Assembly: GCA_964016885.1 (NCBI GenBank)
Contig: CAXHJY010001558.1
Coordinates: 1 to 61,329 of the forward strand
Direction: 5' to 3'
Source: Eledone cirrhosa
Lineage: Eukaryota
Length of the DNA stretch: 61,329 bases
Made by a program: the position numbers and the translations under genes
In this document: in pieces, positions 15,373-28,892 of the stretch
Layout of the letters: every line of letters begins with the position of its first letter
How positions within the stretch are numbered: the first letter of the stretch is position 1
Notes under the pieces: generated by a model
What the model was told of the DNA's origin: nothing
The model's database searches: none
Seen by the model: only the letters and a program-made list of their open reading frames with translations

Positions 15373-15509
15373 ACAGTATTTGCCGGCCTATATTTTATGT
15401 TATATTTTGACGATTATAGGCATTTTTATGAACCACGTCCAGTATTCGCGGTTTTTCCACTCTTCGCGGATGCTCTAGGAACGCAACTCCCACGAATACT
15501 GGTGGACAA

Positions 15510-15512
<3 letters not shown>
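15373..15512. mobile_element. Possible Tigger/pogo-like MITE remnant
   Basis: TA-CAGT...ACTG-TA termini; 3' end CCCACGAATACTGGTGGACAACTG resembles pogo-type ends (from memory). Confidence 0.4.
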
Positions 15513-15577
<65 letters not shown>

Positions 15578-16194
15578 CTCTATGCTGGAATATGGCGCCC
15601 GACCCTCTACCGATACTGCCAATCCAAAAACTAAACACAGTAACTATCTGCTTTATTCGCAGCTTTTAAGAATAAGGTCTGGTTACATTTTTAAATTTAG
15701 AATGTTGTGAAAATTTGATGCTAGGAATGTATTTCTTTTTGGCATGACTCATTACAGAACAGCCCTATTATCTCAGGTCAGGAAACGGATGTCGGCTTAA
15801 CAATGTTTCCCTTCACTTGAGGTGTTAGGTTATTAACACGACATCTAACCAAAAGTTGAGACTCGTATCCACTTCTAACACATTGAAAACGTAGTTAAAA
15901 AATCTAGTGTATATTCATTCACTGTCTCTACATACACTTCATGATGGTGATGCTGATGCAGACGATAATGGTGTTGATTGTAAGTGCAATGGTAGTAGTG
16001 TACAAACGATAATGGTAAAGAATGTTGATGGCAATTTAGAGTGAGAGGGAAAAGGATGTAGGAAATAACTACAGCGATGATGATGATTTCAATACATAGA
16101 TTTCCAACATGGCGACATGAATGGAAACAGTATAAACAGTTAACTTTATTACGTTGACTATCTTTTCTATTCTCACTGATACTAAATATGTTTG

Positions 16195-16288
16195 TACTAG
16201 AACTGTTTTATTCGAAGGAAATCGCCAGGAAAGACAGGGCTTTCCTTCGAATGAAACAGTTCTAATCCTGTAGAAGCCATTTCTATAT
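16195..16288. mobile_element. PLE family 1 inverted pair with degenerate HHRs
   Basis: ACTAGAACTGTTTTATTCGAAGGAAA...TTTCCTTCGAATGAAACAGTTCTAATCCTGTAGAAGCC. Confidence 0.7.
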
Positions 16289-16388
16289 GGGGAACGGACA
16301 TTTGATTAACGAACATCGCTGTTTGTCCGTTCCCTTTGTCACTTCAATTTTGGATTACCTCTTTGATTGTAACTTTATTATGTAAGAA

Positions 16389-16455
16389 GCTGTCTGAAGA
16401 GAGTATGACACTGTATTGCGTAACCATTTGTCGTCCTCGAAATATGTATCACAGC
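16389..16455 (+). ncRNA. Type I hammerhead ribozyme
   Basis: GCTGT-CTGAAGA-GAG TATGACA...TGTCGTC CTC-GAAA-TATGTA-TC-ACAGC: 5-bp stem I, G-C closed extended stem II, AUC triplet, AATAAA just downstream. Confidence 0.8.
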
Positions 16456-16496
16456 CTTATCAATAAAAGACTTTATCATTTAAACTTTGTATTTCC

Positions 16497-16735
<239 letters not shown>

Positions 16736-16964
16736 ATGTATATATATATATATATATATGTATTTACATATATAATGCCTTAATGCATTTATATCCTTCA
16801 AATGTGGTGTAGACAGATTATGTTGCCAAACTTAAATCATAAACAGATGCTGATGTGGACTTAGGAGAAAAAAAGCCTTCAGTTGGGAAATATCCAACAC
16901 TTGTTACTAATTTTCCGAATATGGACCGAAATATGTTACAGCATTTACGTCATAATAACAATTC

Positions 16965-17530
16965 TTTCTCACAGTGCTACAAAGCCAGGAACTTGGAAGA
17001 AGGGGAAAATAGATTATATCAATCCCGGAAGGACGAAAGCAAAATTTACTTTGGGTGGATTTGAGCTCAGAACAGACATACAAGAACGTATGTTTGTCTC
17101 ATTCGTTAATGATTCTGCCAATCTACCACACTTCATCGTCGTAATAATTGTTTCTTCTTTTGGCACAAGGCCAGCAATTATTCCAGTGCATTACTGGTAC
17201 TTTATGTTATCGATCCCGTAAGGATGAAAGGCAAAGTTAACCTCGGCGGGATTTGAACTCAGAATGTAAAGGGCTGTAACTCTATGCTGCATCGTATGGC
17301 ATCCGACCCTCTATCGATACTGACAAATGATTTCTACCATAGGCACAAGGCCAGCAATTTGGGGAGAGGGGAACCTCCATTAAATCGACTGGTACTTTAT
17401 TCTATCGGCCCCGTAAGGATGAAAGATAAAGCTAACCAGTAATTTGAGAGGGAAGTCGATTATATCGACCATAGTACTTGACTGCTACTTTATTTCGTCG
17501 ACCCTAGAAGAATGAAAGGTAAAGCTCAGA
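16965..17530 (-). mobile_element. Cluster of ~4 SINE S1 copies or fragments
   Basis: Repeated TGGTACTTTAT...CCCGTAAGGATGAAAGGCAAAG cores. Confidence 0.85.
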
Positions 17531-17802
17531 GTTGCTAAAGCATGGAACAAACTACCTGCATCAGTTGTTAACTGTTGAGACACTGCATCCTTTGAAACCT
17601 CCATGCTTCCTGATATTCACCAACACTACACCTGATATCCCCCCTCCCTCCATACACACGCGCACATGTACATCATGACTCATCCACTGTTCACTTTCCT
17701 GACATTTGTACATTATTCTATATACTATACATGCACATTTGATGAATTCAAGTGCATCTGAGCACTGTACACAACAGATTCATTATTATTAGCATTATTA
17801 TT

Positions 17803-18195
17803 TGGATTGGCAGTATCGGTAGAGAGTCGGACGCCATGCTTTCCAGCATAGTTACGTCTCTTTACGGACTGAGTTCAAATCCCGTCGAGGTTAACTTTGC
17901 CTTTCATCCTTTCGGGGTCGATAAAATAAAGTACCAGTAATGTACTGGAGTAATTGCTGGCCTTGTGCCTAAAGTAGAAACAATTATTATTTGAACAAAG
18001 GGCGGTGAATTGGCAGTATCGGTAGGGGGTCGGACGCCATGCTTTGCAGCAAAGAGTTACGGCCCTTTATGGTCTGAGTTCAAATCCCGCCGAGGTCAAC
18101 TTTGCCTTTCATCCTTACGGGATCGGTATAATAAAGTACCAGTAATGAACTGGGGTAATTGCTGGCCTTGTGCCAAAAGTAGAAACAATTATTAT
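17803..18195 (+). mobile_element. Two tandem SINE S1 copies
   Basis: Full A-box, B-box, core and tail present twice. Confidence 0.9.
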
Positions 18196-18889
18196 TTGAA
18201 CTCAGAACGTAAACGGCCCTAACTAAATACCACGTAGCTGTTGGAGGAGGGGGGGGGGGGGGAGTAGTATCGTCAGAAAGATGTCGAAATCACAGTAATC
18301 TCTTGTTTACAGCTGATTAATGGTTGCCCAGTAATTAAAACTGTGTAAAATCCTTTATTATGTTACGGGTAACTATATATGTATGTAACCTAAACCCTTC
18401 CTTTCACCATCTATTACGTTTTACCTAAATAATTAGACTCCCTCTTACAACAATCATCACTTCTGTGTGGAGAAAGAGAGAGGGGGGGAATAGATAGGGG
18501 GGGGGGGGAGAGATGTTTTCTACATTATCGTTTGACGTCAATGTATGTCGTCTATTCTCAGTGTTTTAGAAGGGAGCTACTAGCTGATCTGCGGCTAAAC
18601 AGCAACTGTGTGAGCAGTCGACTTGCTAGAAATAGCAACATAATTTCCCTCACATAGTCAGAACTCTACTGTTTTAAATTAGGACTGGCCACACTGGACA
18701 CCACATATACACACACATACGTACGTTTGCATGTATGTATACATGCATGTATGTATGCATGCATGTATGTATACATGCATGTATGTATGCATGCATGTAT
18801 GTATGTATGCATGCATGTATGTATGCATGCATGCATGTATCTATGCATGCATACATATGTGTGGGTATGAATGTATGTGTGTATGTATG

Positions 18890-19003
18890 TCAAGGGTTTT
18901 TCAAGTCTCTAACAGGCTTGAAAAGCCATATCCGAGGGTCACACATCTGAATCTGACAAGCGATTGCAATACTCTTAGCAGAGTTTGCAGCCATCGTGTA
19001 TGT
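18890..19003 (+). mobile_element. RTE-like LINE 3' end
   Basis: KSLTGLKSHIRGSH zinc-finger end plus 3' UTR; homologous to 27635-27740. Confidence 0.6.
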
Positions 19004-19011
19004 AAAAATCA

Positions 19012-19279
19012 CCTATAGGTGAAAGGATAGACCAACACTGGGGGGGAACTAAAAGGACGAAAAAACGGGTCAGTACTATACGAACATGCCAGACAACAAC
19101 ACGACGGTAACATAGACAACATAGAAATTACAATAATATCTAAACATAGAAATGACCCAGCAGATAGGCAAATCAGAGAGGCCAGTGAAATAGAACTTAG
19201 AAGGCCAAGACTAAACAGAAAGAATGAATGGAATAACAACAACACCCAAACAAACAACACTGACCTAAGAGAAGTATAA
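19012..19279 (+). pseudogene. PLE GIY-YIG endonuclease C-terminal remnant
   Basis: PIGERIDQHW(G), one extra G in the run at 19040-19046, then ELKGRKNGSVLYEHARQQHDGNIDNIEITIISKHRNDPADRQIREASEIELRRPRLNRKNEW...stop. The R-x2-QH, H-x4-H, RQI-x-EA and LN-x-K-x-EW pattern is typical of PLE endonucleases. Absent from the ORF track because it has no start codon. Confidence 0.75.
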
Positions 19280-19546
19280 ATAAATAAATAAATAGATAAA
19301 TAAATAAATAAATACATACACAAGCACAATAATAACAAACACATATAAACACACACTAGTAAATATAGAATACATTAACCGATACACAGTCACCCAATCA
19401 CGGACACACATCAAACAAAACACTATACACACACGCAAACGCATGCGCAAAGAAGACAAAATAAAATAAACAAACAAATAAATAAATATATAGACAGACT
19501 AAATAAAAATGGCGTAGACATACAATGTAACGGGAGGAAACAATAG

Positions 19547-19590
19547 CACCACTGACGATGTTGCAGATGTGCAACGAAAGAACTTTGATA
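19547..19590 (+). ncRNA. Hammerhead ribozyme in the PLE terminal repeat, weak stem I
   Basis: CTGACGA-T-GTTGCA GATG TGCAAC-GAAA-GAAC-TT: perfect 6-bp stem II, ~270 nt after the GIY-YIG stop. Confidence 0.65.
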
Positions 19591-19782
19591 AACTATATAT
19601 ATGTGTTTGTGTCTATATTGTATCTGTATTATTTTTGACCGTTGGTCAGTCAATGGCAACATTGAGGACCGAATAAATTAGATTACCGATATAAAAGACA
19701 CAGAAGCGAAAAGCGAAAACCAACCAAACAGTGAGTGTGTTCTGTTATTAATTCTGGCAATATTACACAAATATGACCCTCC

Positions 19783-19917
<135 letters not shown>

Positions 19918-20189
19918 GACATGAACTAAACAATATACTCGTAGATATACTGTTTAACAATGAGAAAATATGAAGAACCTGAAACGAAAGTAAGAAGATT
20001 GGGAAAATGAAAGAAGAAGAGGGAAAATAAGAGAAATATTTGAAAATATCTTGTGTAAATATAGAGAATGTTTTGAAGTTTACATATGGTGAAATTAGAT
20101 CTTAGCATTCATCACTGTCAACTATCAAATATAACCACCCAAGTTGATACCGCAATATTACACAGTGATAACCACAGTAGGACAAGAGT

Positions 20190-20693
20190 TAGTTGTTGTT
20201 GTTAGCAATGGTCGGAGTGGCTCTTCGCCAAGGGCCACAGCCTGTGTAAAGCTCAAATAAATACCATTGTTGGAGCTATGGTCGACTGCTGCTGTTGTTG
20301 TTAGCAATGATCGGAGTGACCCTTCGCCAAGGGGCCACAGCCTGTGAGAACCACACAAATAAATACCATTGTTGGAGCTATGGTCGACTGCTGCTGTTGT
20401 TGTTAGCAATGATCGGAGTGACCCTTCGCCAAGGGGCCACAGCCTGTGAGAATCACACAAATAAATACCATTGTTGGAGCTATGGTCGACTGCTGCTGTT
20501 GTTGTTAGCAATGATCGGAGTGACCCTTCGCAAGGGGCCACAGCCTGTGAGAACCACACAAATAAATACCATTGTTGGAGCTATGGTCGACTGCTGCTGT
20601 TGTTGTTAGCAATGATCGGAGTGACCCTTCGCCAAGGGGCCACAGCCTGTGAGAACCACACAAATAAATACCATTGTTGGAGCTATGGTCGAC
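20190..20693. repeat. 102-bp tandem repeat x5
   Basis: GTCGAC recurs at 20281, 20383, 20485, 20586 and 20688; units near-identical. Confidence 0.95.
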
Positions 20694-21103
20694 AAGTTCC
20701 GACTTACATACAGCGGCCTGCTTGAGGAGGAAGCCCCGTGAGGTGCGGCTGGCTGTTGTAGCGGCTGTCTCTGGCTATTTTCCGCAGTAATGTCTTTGAC
20801 ATTTTGTCCGTGGAACGCGGCTGAGGAACCGGTCAGACTGGAGTGTCGTGTCTGTCGCTCCTTCTTTTTCTTTCATTACTTAATTCTTTTATCTTTTTCT
20901 TATTTTCATTTTCCCATTTTTTCTTTTTTCCTCCCTTTTTTTTTGTATCCTCTAATAGTGTGTATTATTTTTATCAGATACTACTCAATAATCTTTATAT
21001 AATGTCAAGGTCGTTTCATGATATTGTGAGATTTTCTATATTAAATATGTCTGCCTTTATGTTTAGTTGTTAAATTGATATACTTTGAATAAACGAGAAT
21101 GGC

Positions 21104-21310
21104 TGGTCTCTTGTCGTCACACGATGCCGATCGTTTTTCTTCCTCTGGCACATCGCCTTCAACAACATAATTAGGAGCCTTGGACAAGGGTCGGTTTCCT
21201 TCGGCACATCACCTTCAACGACATCATTAGAAGGAACCTTGACAAGGGCCGGTTTCCCGTTATAACTGGAGTCTATCGTCCTCGACCGGACTGACAGTAA
21301 GCGACCCCAG
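21104..21310 (+). mobile_element. CRE-clade non-LTR retrotransposon fragment (zinc knuckle to start of endonuclease)
   Basis: Degenerate (L)SCRH...RHITFNDIIRRNLDKGRFP...DRTDSKRP, with a local duplication of the RH..NDII segment. Confidence 0.65.
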
Positions 21311-21763
21311 AGCTGGCTAAATCAATAATCTGGGAGCTCACATGCCGTGACACGTTCTTCAGCAAGAACCTTATCGGCCAGCCATTACACACCACCCAAA
21401 GAGCCGCAACTAAACGCCTGCAAGAATGTTGTCCAAAAACCAAACGATTCTTCTAATCTGATGAAGGATAAAAGACATTTCGGCCAAGACTATCCCGACA
21501 TTTTTTATGCATTGCGTACCTTGAACAACACTCTCCAATGTGCTCATTTTTCAGACGATAGGGTGTAATATGAGAGAAGTTTAGCTGCTATTACTGCACG
21601 AAGAGGCCACCACGGTGGCTCCACGAACAGTCTTGTTTTATATTTTGAGGGAGTGAGTTAAAATATTCTTCTCTCATTTCTCCAAATTAAAAGAAAAGAG
21701 AAGCCATTATCATCATCATCATCATCATCAACGTCGTGGTTGTCATCACCATTCTCTTCAGAA

Positions 21764-22052
<289 letters not shown>

Positions 22053-22566
22053 ACACTATGGAGAGAATTTCCAGAGAATATTCTATTCTCGTAAATATTT
22101 ATTTTCTCATTTATTTTAAACTTTAGACTTTTACAACAACAAAAGAATCTTTATTTAGTCTTCGTCCGAACAGTTTATTGATTGCGTCAACTGTGATGAA
22201 GGTGCGTGGCCTAGTGGCTAGAGAGTTCGGCCCACGGCTACTCGTGGAGCCCGTTCCATCCTAATTAATTCCTAAAATGGTCGTCTTAATGACCAGAATG
22301 ACCTTATTTGTGGCATGAACGGCTTTATTGCATTATACTCCAGACAGAGAAAGAACACAAAAGCAGCCCAAGAGTAATTGTTAACGACTCCCAAGGAGAA
22401 GTGAAATATTTACAAAGAATTAAGTATTAATTCATGGTTGAGTGAACATATTTAAAGAAAAGGACAATCTGATCTTTGTTTGGGAGGCCAGGGACAGCTA
22501 TGGGTAAGTGGTTCAGTCTGAACTTCTTAACCCCCAAAGTCTATTCCTGAAACTATTTGTGTAAAG

Positions 22567-24377
22567 CAGGGACGTACAACAGGAGGCCCGCGGGCCACAC
22601 TCCGGCTCCCCAGACCAATCAGAGTGGCCCGCGGGTCACAATCCGACCCGCCAGACAAGAGTGACCCGCGGGCCACGATCCGGCCTGCCAGACCAGTCAG
22701 AGTGGCCTGCGATGACCGTTTTTAATTTTTTACCTTGTAGGCTTATTTAGAATTTTTTTCGTAACGGTAATACTTCTGTTAGTTGACCTATACTAAAGGG
22801 CTTCACTGATAGGTTATATGTTATAATGTCCCAGTTGACCTATACTAAAGGGCTTCACTGATAGGTTATATGTTATAATGTCCCAGTTGATCTATACTAA
22901 AGGGCTTCACTGATAGGTTATATGTTATAATGTCCCAGTTGACCTATACTAAAGGGCTTCACTGATAGGTTATATGTTATAATGTCCCAGTTGATCTATA
23001 CTAAAGGGCTTCACTGATAGGTTATATGTTATAATGTCCCAGTTGACCTATACTAAAGGGCTTCACTGATAAGTTATATGTTATAATGTCCCAGTTGACC
23101 TATACTAAAGGGCTTCACTGATAGGTTATATGTTATAATGTCCCAGTTGACCTATACTAAAGGGCTTCACTGATAGGTTATATGTTATAATGTCCCAGTT
23201 GACCTATACTAAAGGGCTTCACTGATAGGTTATATGTTATAATGTCCCAGTTGACCTATACTAAAGGGCTTCACTGATAGGTTATATGTTATAATGTCCC
23301 AGTTGACCTATACTAAAGGGCTTCACTGATAGGTTATATGTTATAATGTCCCAGTTGACCTATACTAAAGGGCTTCACTGATAGGTTATATGTTATAATG
23401 TCCCAGTTGACCTATATTAAAGGGCTTCACTGATAGGGTTATGTGTTATAATGTCCCAGTTGACCTATACTAAAGGGCTTCACTGATAGGTTATATGTTA
23501 TAATGTCCCAGTTGACCTATACTAAAGGGCTTCACTGATAGGTTATATGTTATAATGTCCCAGTTGACCTATACTAAAGGGCTTCACTGATAGGTTATAT
23601 GTTATAATGTCCCAGTTGACCTATACTAAAGGGCTTCACTGATAGGTTATATGTTATAATGTCCCAGTTGACCTATATTAAAGGGCTTCACTGATAGGGT
23701 TATGTGTTATAATGTCCCAGTTGACCTATACTAAAGGGCTTCACTGATAGGTTATATGTTATAATGTCCCAGTTGACCTATACTAAAGGGCTTCACTGAT
23801 AGGGTTATGTGTTATAATGTCCCAGTTGACCTATATTAAAGGGCTTCACTGATAGGGTTATGTGTTATAATGTCCCAGTTGACCTATACTAAAGGGCTTC
23901 ACTGATAGGTTATATGTTATAATGTCCCAGTTGACCTATACTAAAGGGCTTCACTAATACGGTTGTGTGTTATAATGTCCCAGTTGACCTATACTAAAGG
24001 GCTTCACTGATAGGTTATATGTTATAATGTCCCAGTTGACCTATACTAAAGGGCTTCACTGATAGGGTTATGTGTTATAATGTCCCAGTTGACCTATACT
24101 AAAGGGCTTCACTGATAGGGTTATGTGTTATAATGTCCCAGTTGACCTATACTAAAGGACTTCACTGATAGGGTTATGTGTGTTTTAATGTCCCAGTTGA
24201 CCTATACTAAAGGGCTTCACTGATAGGGTTATGTGTATTATAATTTCCCAGTTCCATGTTATGGAGGAAAGAAGTTGTGGTGAATCTTTGGAATAGTGCT
24301 TAACAAATATTAATGGCCCTAATAGTTGTTCCAATGTTCAAAAGTGGCCCACCAGTGGAATATGTTGCACACTCCTG
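22567..24377 (-). mobile_element. hAT MITE of the 13605-13920 family, expanded by an internal minisatellite
   Basis: TIRs CAGGGACGTACAAC / GTTGCACACTCCTG; flanks GTGTAAAG / GTCTAACG; unique parts are the reverse complement of 13605-13920. Confidence 0.9.
22781..24249. repeat. 52-bp minisatellite x28
   Basis: AGTTGACCTATACTAAAGGGCTTCACTGATAGGTTATATGTTATAATGTCCC; 53-55 bp variants toward the right end. Confidence 0.98.
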
Positions 24378-24488
24378 GTCTAACGCCAGCGACCCCTGGG
24401 GTGGCTAAATCAGTAATGTAAGGCCAGCGACTTTGGAGATGCGGGAGGTAAGTCGGCTAAATCGACTCCAGTACTTGACTGGTATAAG

Positions 24489-24672
24489 TGGATTGGCAGT
24501 ATCAGTAGGGGGTCGGACGCCATGCTTTGCAGCACAGTTACGTCCCTTTACGGACTGAGTTCAAATCCCGCCGAGGTTAACTTTGCCTTTCATCCTTACG
24601 GGGTCGATAAAATAAAGTACCAGTAATATACTGGCTAATTATTGGCCTTGTGCCAAAAGTAGAAGCAATTAT
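24489..24672 (+). mobile_element. SINE S1
   Basis: Full consensus match. Confidence 0.9.
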
Positions 24673-25289
24673 ATTTTATCAGCCTCGGAAAGATAAAAGA
24701 TAATATTGACCATAGCGTAATTTACCTCAAAACGTAAAAGAAACGGACGAAATGCAGATAAAAAAAAAATGATAATAATTATCCGACGCTTTAACGATTC
24801 TGCCAATAAATAAACCCATAACTATACCACCATTTTCTGAACTTGGAAACTAAGCCTACATTCCTTTCTTGCTGTCAGCAATATGAAACGTGGAGAAGGA
24901 GGAGGGTGGTGCTGAATATTTAAAAAATTAGTTTCTAGTTGTTCTGGAATGTTTGTTTTATCATTTCATTTCTATATATTATTATAATTTTTTCTAAATC
25001 TTTCTATATTTTATTATTATTTTCTTCTCGTAAATTCCAGTCGGTTGCAACTTTCAGTTCCACCCTAAAATTGTTTACTTTATACTTTGGAATTTACAAA
25101 TTTTTTACTTAATCTCAATATTATAAACTCATAACCAGGATCTTTATTTTATTAGTTTTTTAACGTTGTTTTATTCCTATGTTTGTTGGTCTTCATTTCT
25201 TCTTTGCTTTTCACAAGTACGTTTGGCTTTACCATTCCCATTATTACCATTTACTACCATTATTACTATTCCCATTATTACCATTTACT

Positions 25290-25650
25290 ACACGCGTTTG
25301 AAAGGGCTGAAGACGAGCACTTACCTCTTCGGTGGTGCTCTGATTAACTTTTTCAAAATTCATTTGAAAAGAAAAATCAGGGTAGAGAGGGAAGTGCTCT
25401 CTTCCCAGCATTTTATTGAAAGATGGGTGAGTATGTGCCTGTAAATTGAAGGTGGAAAACTGGGAGAGGGCACTTGCCCTGGTGGTCAGGGTCACCGTGG
25501 CTTTTTTAATGGGCTTTCTCCACGAATGTCCCTCGGAAGTCTCCCCCCTATTGGGGAATTTTTCATTGTTTCTTTCTTTGTTACATCCTCTGTTTTTGTT
25601 TTTTTTTACACGCAGAAATGCCCATTTGTACCGTCCTGTATTGTCCTGCA
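25290..25650 (+). mobile_element. L1/Tx1-like LINE 3' end
   Basis: TRLKGLKTSTYLFGGALINFFKIHLKRKIRVEREVLSSQHFIERWV resembles the C-terminus of a repetitive octopus LINE ORF2 (recalled, not searched), followed by a pyrimidine-rich UTR. Confidence 0.55.
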
Positions 25651-25669
25651 CTCGGCGGAATTCGAACTC

Positions 25670-26232
25670 AGAACGTAAAGAGGTCTAGTTATATCTCACA
25701 AAGCATGTTGTCCGATACTCTACCGATTCTGCCAGCCTACCACCCTGTGTAGAACGTAAAGAGGTCTAACTATATCTCACAAAGCATGTTGTCCGATACT
25801 CCACCGATTCTGCCAGCCTACCACCCTGTGTAGAACGTAAAGAGGTCTAACTATATCTCACAAAGCATGTTGTCCGACACTCCACCGATTCTGCCTGCCT
25901 ACCACGCTGTGTAGAACGTAAAGAGGTCTAGTTATATCTCACAAAGCATGTTGTCCGACACTCCACCGATTCTGCCTGCCTACCACCCTGTGTAGAACGT
26001 AAAGAGGTCTAACTATATGTCACAAAGCATGTTGTCCGACACTCCACCGATTCTGCCAGCCTACCACCCTGTGTAGAACGTAAAGAGGTCTAACTATATC
26101 TCACAAAGCATGTTGTCCGACACTCCACCGATTCTGCCAGCCTACCACCCTGTGTAGAACGTAAAGAGGTCTAGTTATATCTCACAAAGCATGTTGTCCG
26201 ACACTCTACCGATTCTGCCTGCCTACCACGCA
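25670..26232 (-). repeat. 81-bp tandem array x7 made of the SINE S1 head
   Basis: Units start at 25670, 25751, 25832 and so on to 26156; each carries the A-box-like GGCAGAATCGG on the minus strand. Confidence 0.92.
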
Positions 26233-26543
26233 GTATACAAACATGTATACATGTATCCACTTAGCTCTGGCTGTTAGGTTCAGATTAATTTCTGAATGTT
26301 CACAGTTCAACGTAGAGTGTAATCGGTGACTTAATCAATCGTTAATCTTTTCTAAATCGCCTTACAATTCACCTCAAATCTAGAGCCAACCAATGAACCC
26401 CCACATGGTCGATTAACTAGCTAGAAATAGCAGCCAAATCTCCCCCCAAATCTCTCCCTACTATTCTTTTTTTTTAAAATTATTATTAACAGAGATATTT
26501 AGCTACGGAATGTCTGAAATATAGAATGTTCGTGGTTAAAATG

Positions 26544-26812
26544 TGGAGGTGTGTGATTTAGTGGTAAGGGTGTTGGACTTATGATCATAATGTCGTGGGT
26601 TCGATTCCTGGACTGGGTTGTGTGTTGTGTTCTTGAGCAAAATACTTCATTCCACGTTGCTCCAGTATACTCAGCTGAAAATGAGTACCAGTAATAGCTG
26701 GAGGTTTAACTCTGCGATGGACTGGCGTCCTGTCCAGGAGAAAGTTTTATACTCTCAGTCACTTCACTCCCGGAAACCGGGTTAGACGCCGGCCTGCTAA
26801 GCCTCTTGATGA
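26544..26812 (+). mobile_element. tRNA-derived SINE family S2
   Basis: B-box GGTTCGATTCC, TCTTGAGCAAAATACTT and TGCGATGGACTGGCGTCCTGTCCAGG motifs; second copy at 51636-51910. Confidence 0.85.
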
Positions 26813-27559
26813 GCCGCCACCACTACCACCACCACCACCACCACTACCACCACCACCACCACCAACACGTTACCACCACCACCACCACTGCCATCGCCAC
26901 CACCACTGCAATCGCCACCACCACCACCACCACCACCACCACCACCAACAACAACAACACGTTACCACCACCACCACCTTGCTAGTACTAAAGTCTCACT
27001 ACTCGAACTAAAATGGCGGACTTCAACCGGATCACGTGAATGAGTGCAACTTATCATTTCTACATATAATAAACATGTCCTCGGGCTGTCAATTGTTAGA
27101 AAGGCCACCAACGTTAGATATTCGCCATGACACATTTCAGTCGTATCAAGTGAAATTGATGTAAAACCTGACTTGTTGAAAGAATTTGTCGTTGATAACT
27201 TACAGTGAAAATAATTTATCATGAGAACTCAGTAAGCATTTTAGTTTAAATTTACTTCAGTAATATGTTTTAGCTTGTTTTTTTTGTCTGGTCGTGTTAG
27301 ATATTACACTTTCTATCCTTCTCTATATTTCAATATGGCGTCCCTACGACTCCCTTGGGAATTACGGGTCCATACATACATACATTAGATACTAACTCTG
27401 GTAGTGTATAAGTGATGTATGTATGTATGTATAGCTGGATGGATAGCTGGATTGATGGATGGAAGCCACGTTCGATCACAGCACCGTTAATTACGTATTA
27501 ATATATATGTGTGTGTTCTTTTTCTTTTTTAGTGCAATGGCCATAACGGATAACGGTAT

Positions 27560-27762
27560 TGTGATGGTTCACAGGCAACCTGATGCAAGACCTCAGGCCA
27601 GGGAGATCCATAGTTGTAGTCAATGTGCGAAGGAGTGCAAGTCTCTAGCAGGCTTTAAAAGCCATATCCGAGCATCACACATCTAAATCTGACAAGCGAT
27701 TGCAATACTCTTGGCAGATTTTGCAACCATCATGTATGTATGTATGTATGTATGTATGTATG
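27560..27762 (+). mobile_element. RTE-like LINE 3' end with C2H2 finger and (TATG)n tail
   Basis: CSQCAKECKSLAGFKSHIRASH then stop, short UTR, tandem tail; three related copies in the window. Confidence 0.65.
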
Positions 27763-27827
27763 GATATATGGATGGATTGATGGACGGACGGACGGACCCG
27801 TAATTCCTGACGGTGTCGTACGGGTGT

Positions 27828-28150
27828 TGTATGGCTTTCTGTTTGACTTATGGCCTTTCTGGGGGTATTTTGAAACCTGACGGAGCTTATTTCCTCTCCA
27901 GGTTTGAACACAACAAATTTCTTCTAGAGAAGAACAGAGAGAAAGTGAGAGAACGGAAGTGAGAAAGATATCAATGAACAATCGACCCCAGTACTAAACT
28001 GGTACTTTTTACTGACCTCGAATGGGGGAAAGGCAAAGTTGACCTTGGTGGGTTTTGAACTCAGAATGCAGAAAGCCGAAACAGATGCCGCAAAGCATTC
28101 TATCCGATCTTCTAACGACTCTACCAATTCACCGCCTAGACGCCATTTTG
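27828..28150 (-). mobile_element. S1-related SINE with an alternative 3' tail
   Basis: S1 head and core joined to a distinct tail; homologs at 53125-53362 (-) and 55935-56240 (+). Confidence 0.75.
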
Positions 28151-28179
28151 CTAAATACATAAACTCGCCTTTATATTAG

Positions 28180-28230
<51 letters not shown>

Positions 28231-28239
28231 ACATACATA

Positions 28240-28276
<37 letters not shown>

Positions 28277-28430
28277 GTACGTACTTACATACGTACACAC
28301 ACACATACACACGCACATACACACACACACACACATACGTATGTAAAAGGTAAACAGAAATAACAACACAATCGCTACAGTATATAGAAGGGATATATTA
28401 GGTTAACACTTGATATAGCAGAAAGAGGGG

Positions 28431-28466
28431 TCCTAACGTTTCGGACGCCAGTCTTTCATCAGAAGA
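28431..28466 (-). ncRNA. Minimal type I hammerhead ribozyme (PLE type)
   Basis: TCTT-CTGATGA-AAGAC TGGC GTCC-GAAACGTT-AGGA; palindromic AACGTT stem III. The upstream frame (KRCQHEMDLLFL) weakly resembles a GIY-YIG end. Confidence 0.6.
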
Positions 28467-28643
28467 AAGAATGAGAAATAAAATAGATTGAGGGGACGGG
28501 CGGGTTGGAATCGGAAAAAATGTCTTTAGATAAAAATAACAGGTCCATTTCATGTTGACATCTCTTGCAAAACTGTTGGTGCCGGCATTTTGTGTATGAT
28601 TTATGTTTTAGAAAAGTGACACACACACACACATATATAGATA

Positions 28644-28705
<62 letters not shown>

Positions 28706-28709
28706 GATA

Positions 28710-28771
<62 letters not shown>

Positions 28772-28775
28772 GATA

Positions 28776-28823
<48 letters not shown>

Positions 28824-28827
28824 GATA

Positions 28828-28892
<65 letters not shown>

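Noticed and set aside
22781-24249. CRISPR-like array (also 7219, 30646, 37658)
   Set aside because: Head-to-tail units with no unique spacers, no cas genes, eukaryotic context.
27140-27232. Plus-strand exon candidate (VSSEIDVKPDLLKEFVVDNLQ)
   Set aside because: Short, weak polypyrimidine tract, no recognisable homology.
27459-27686. Host C2H2 zinc-finger gene
   Set aside because: Single finger at a stop, followed by a (TATG)n tail and present three times; better explained as an RTE-like LINE end.
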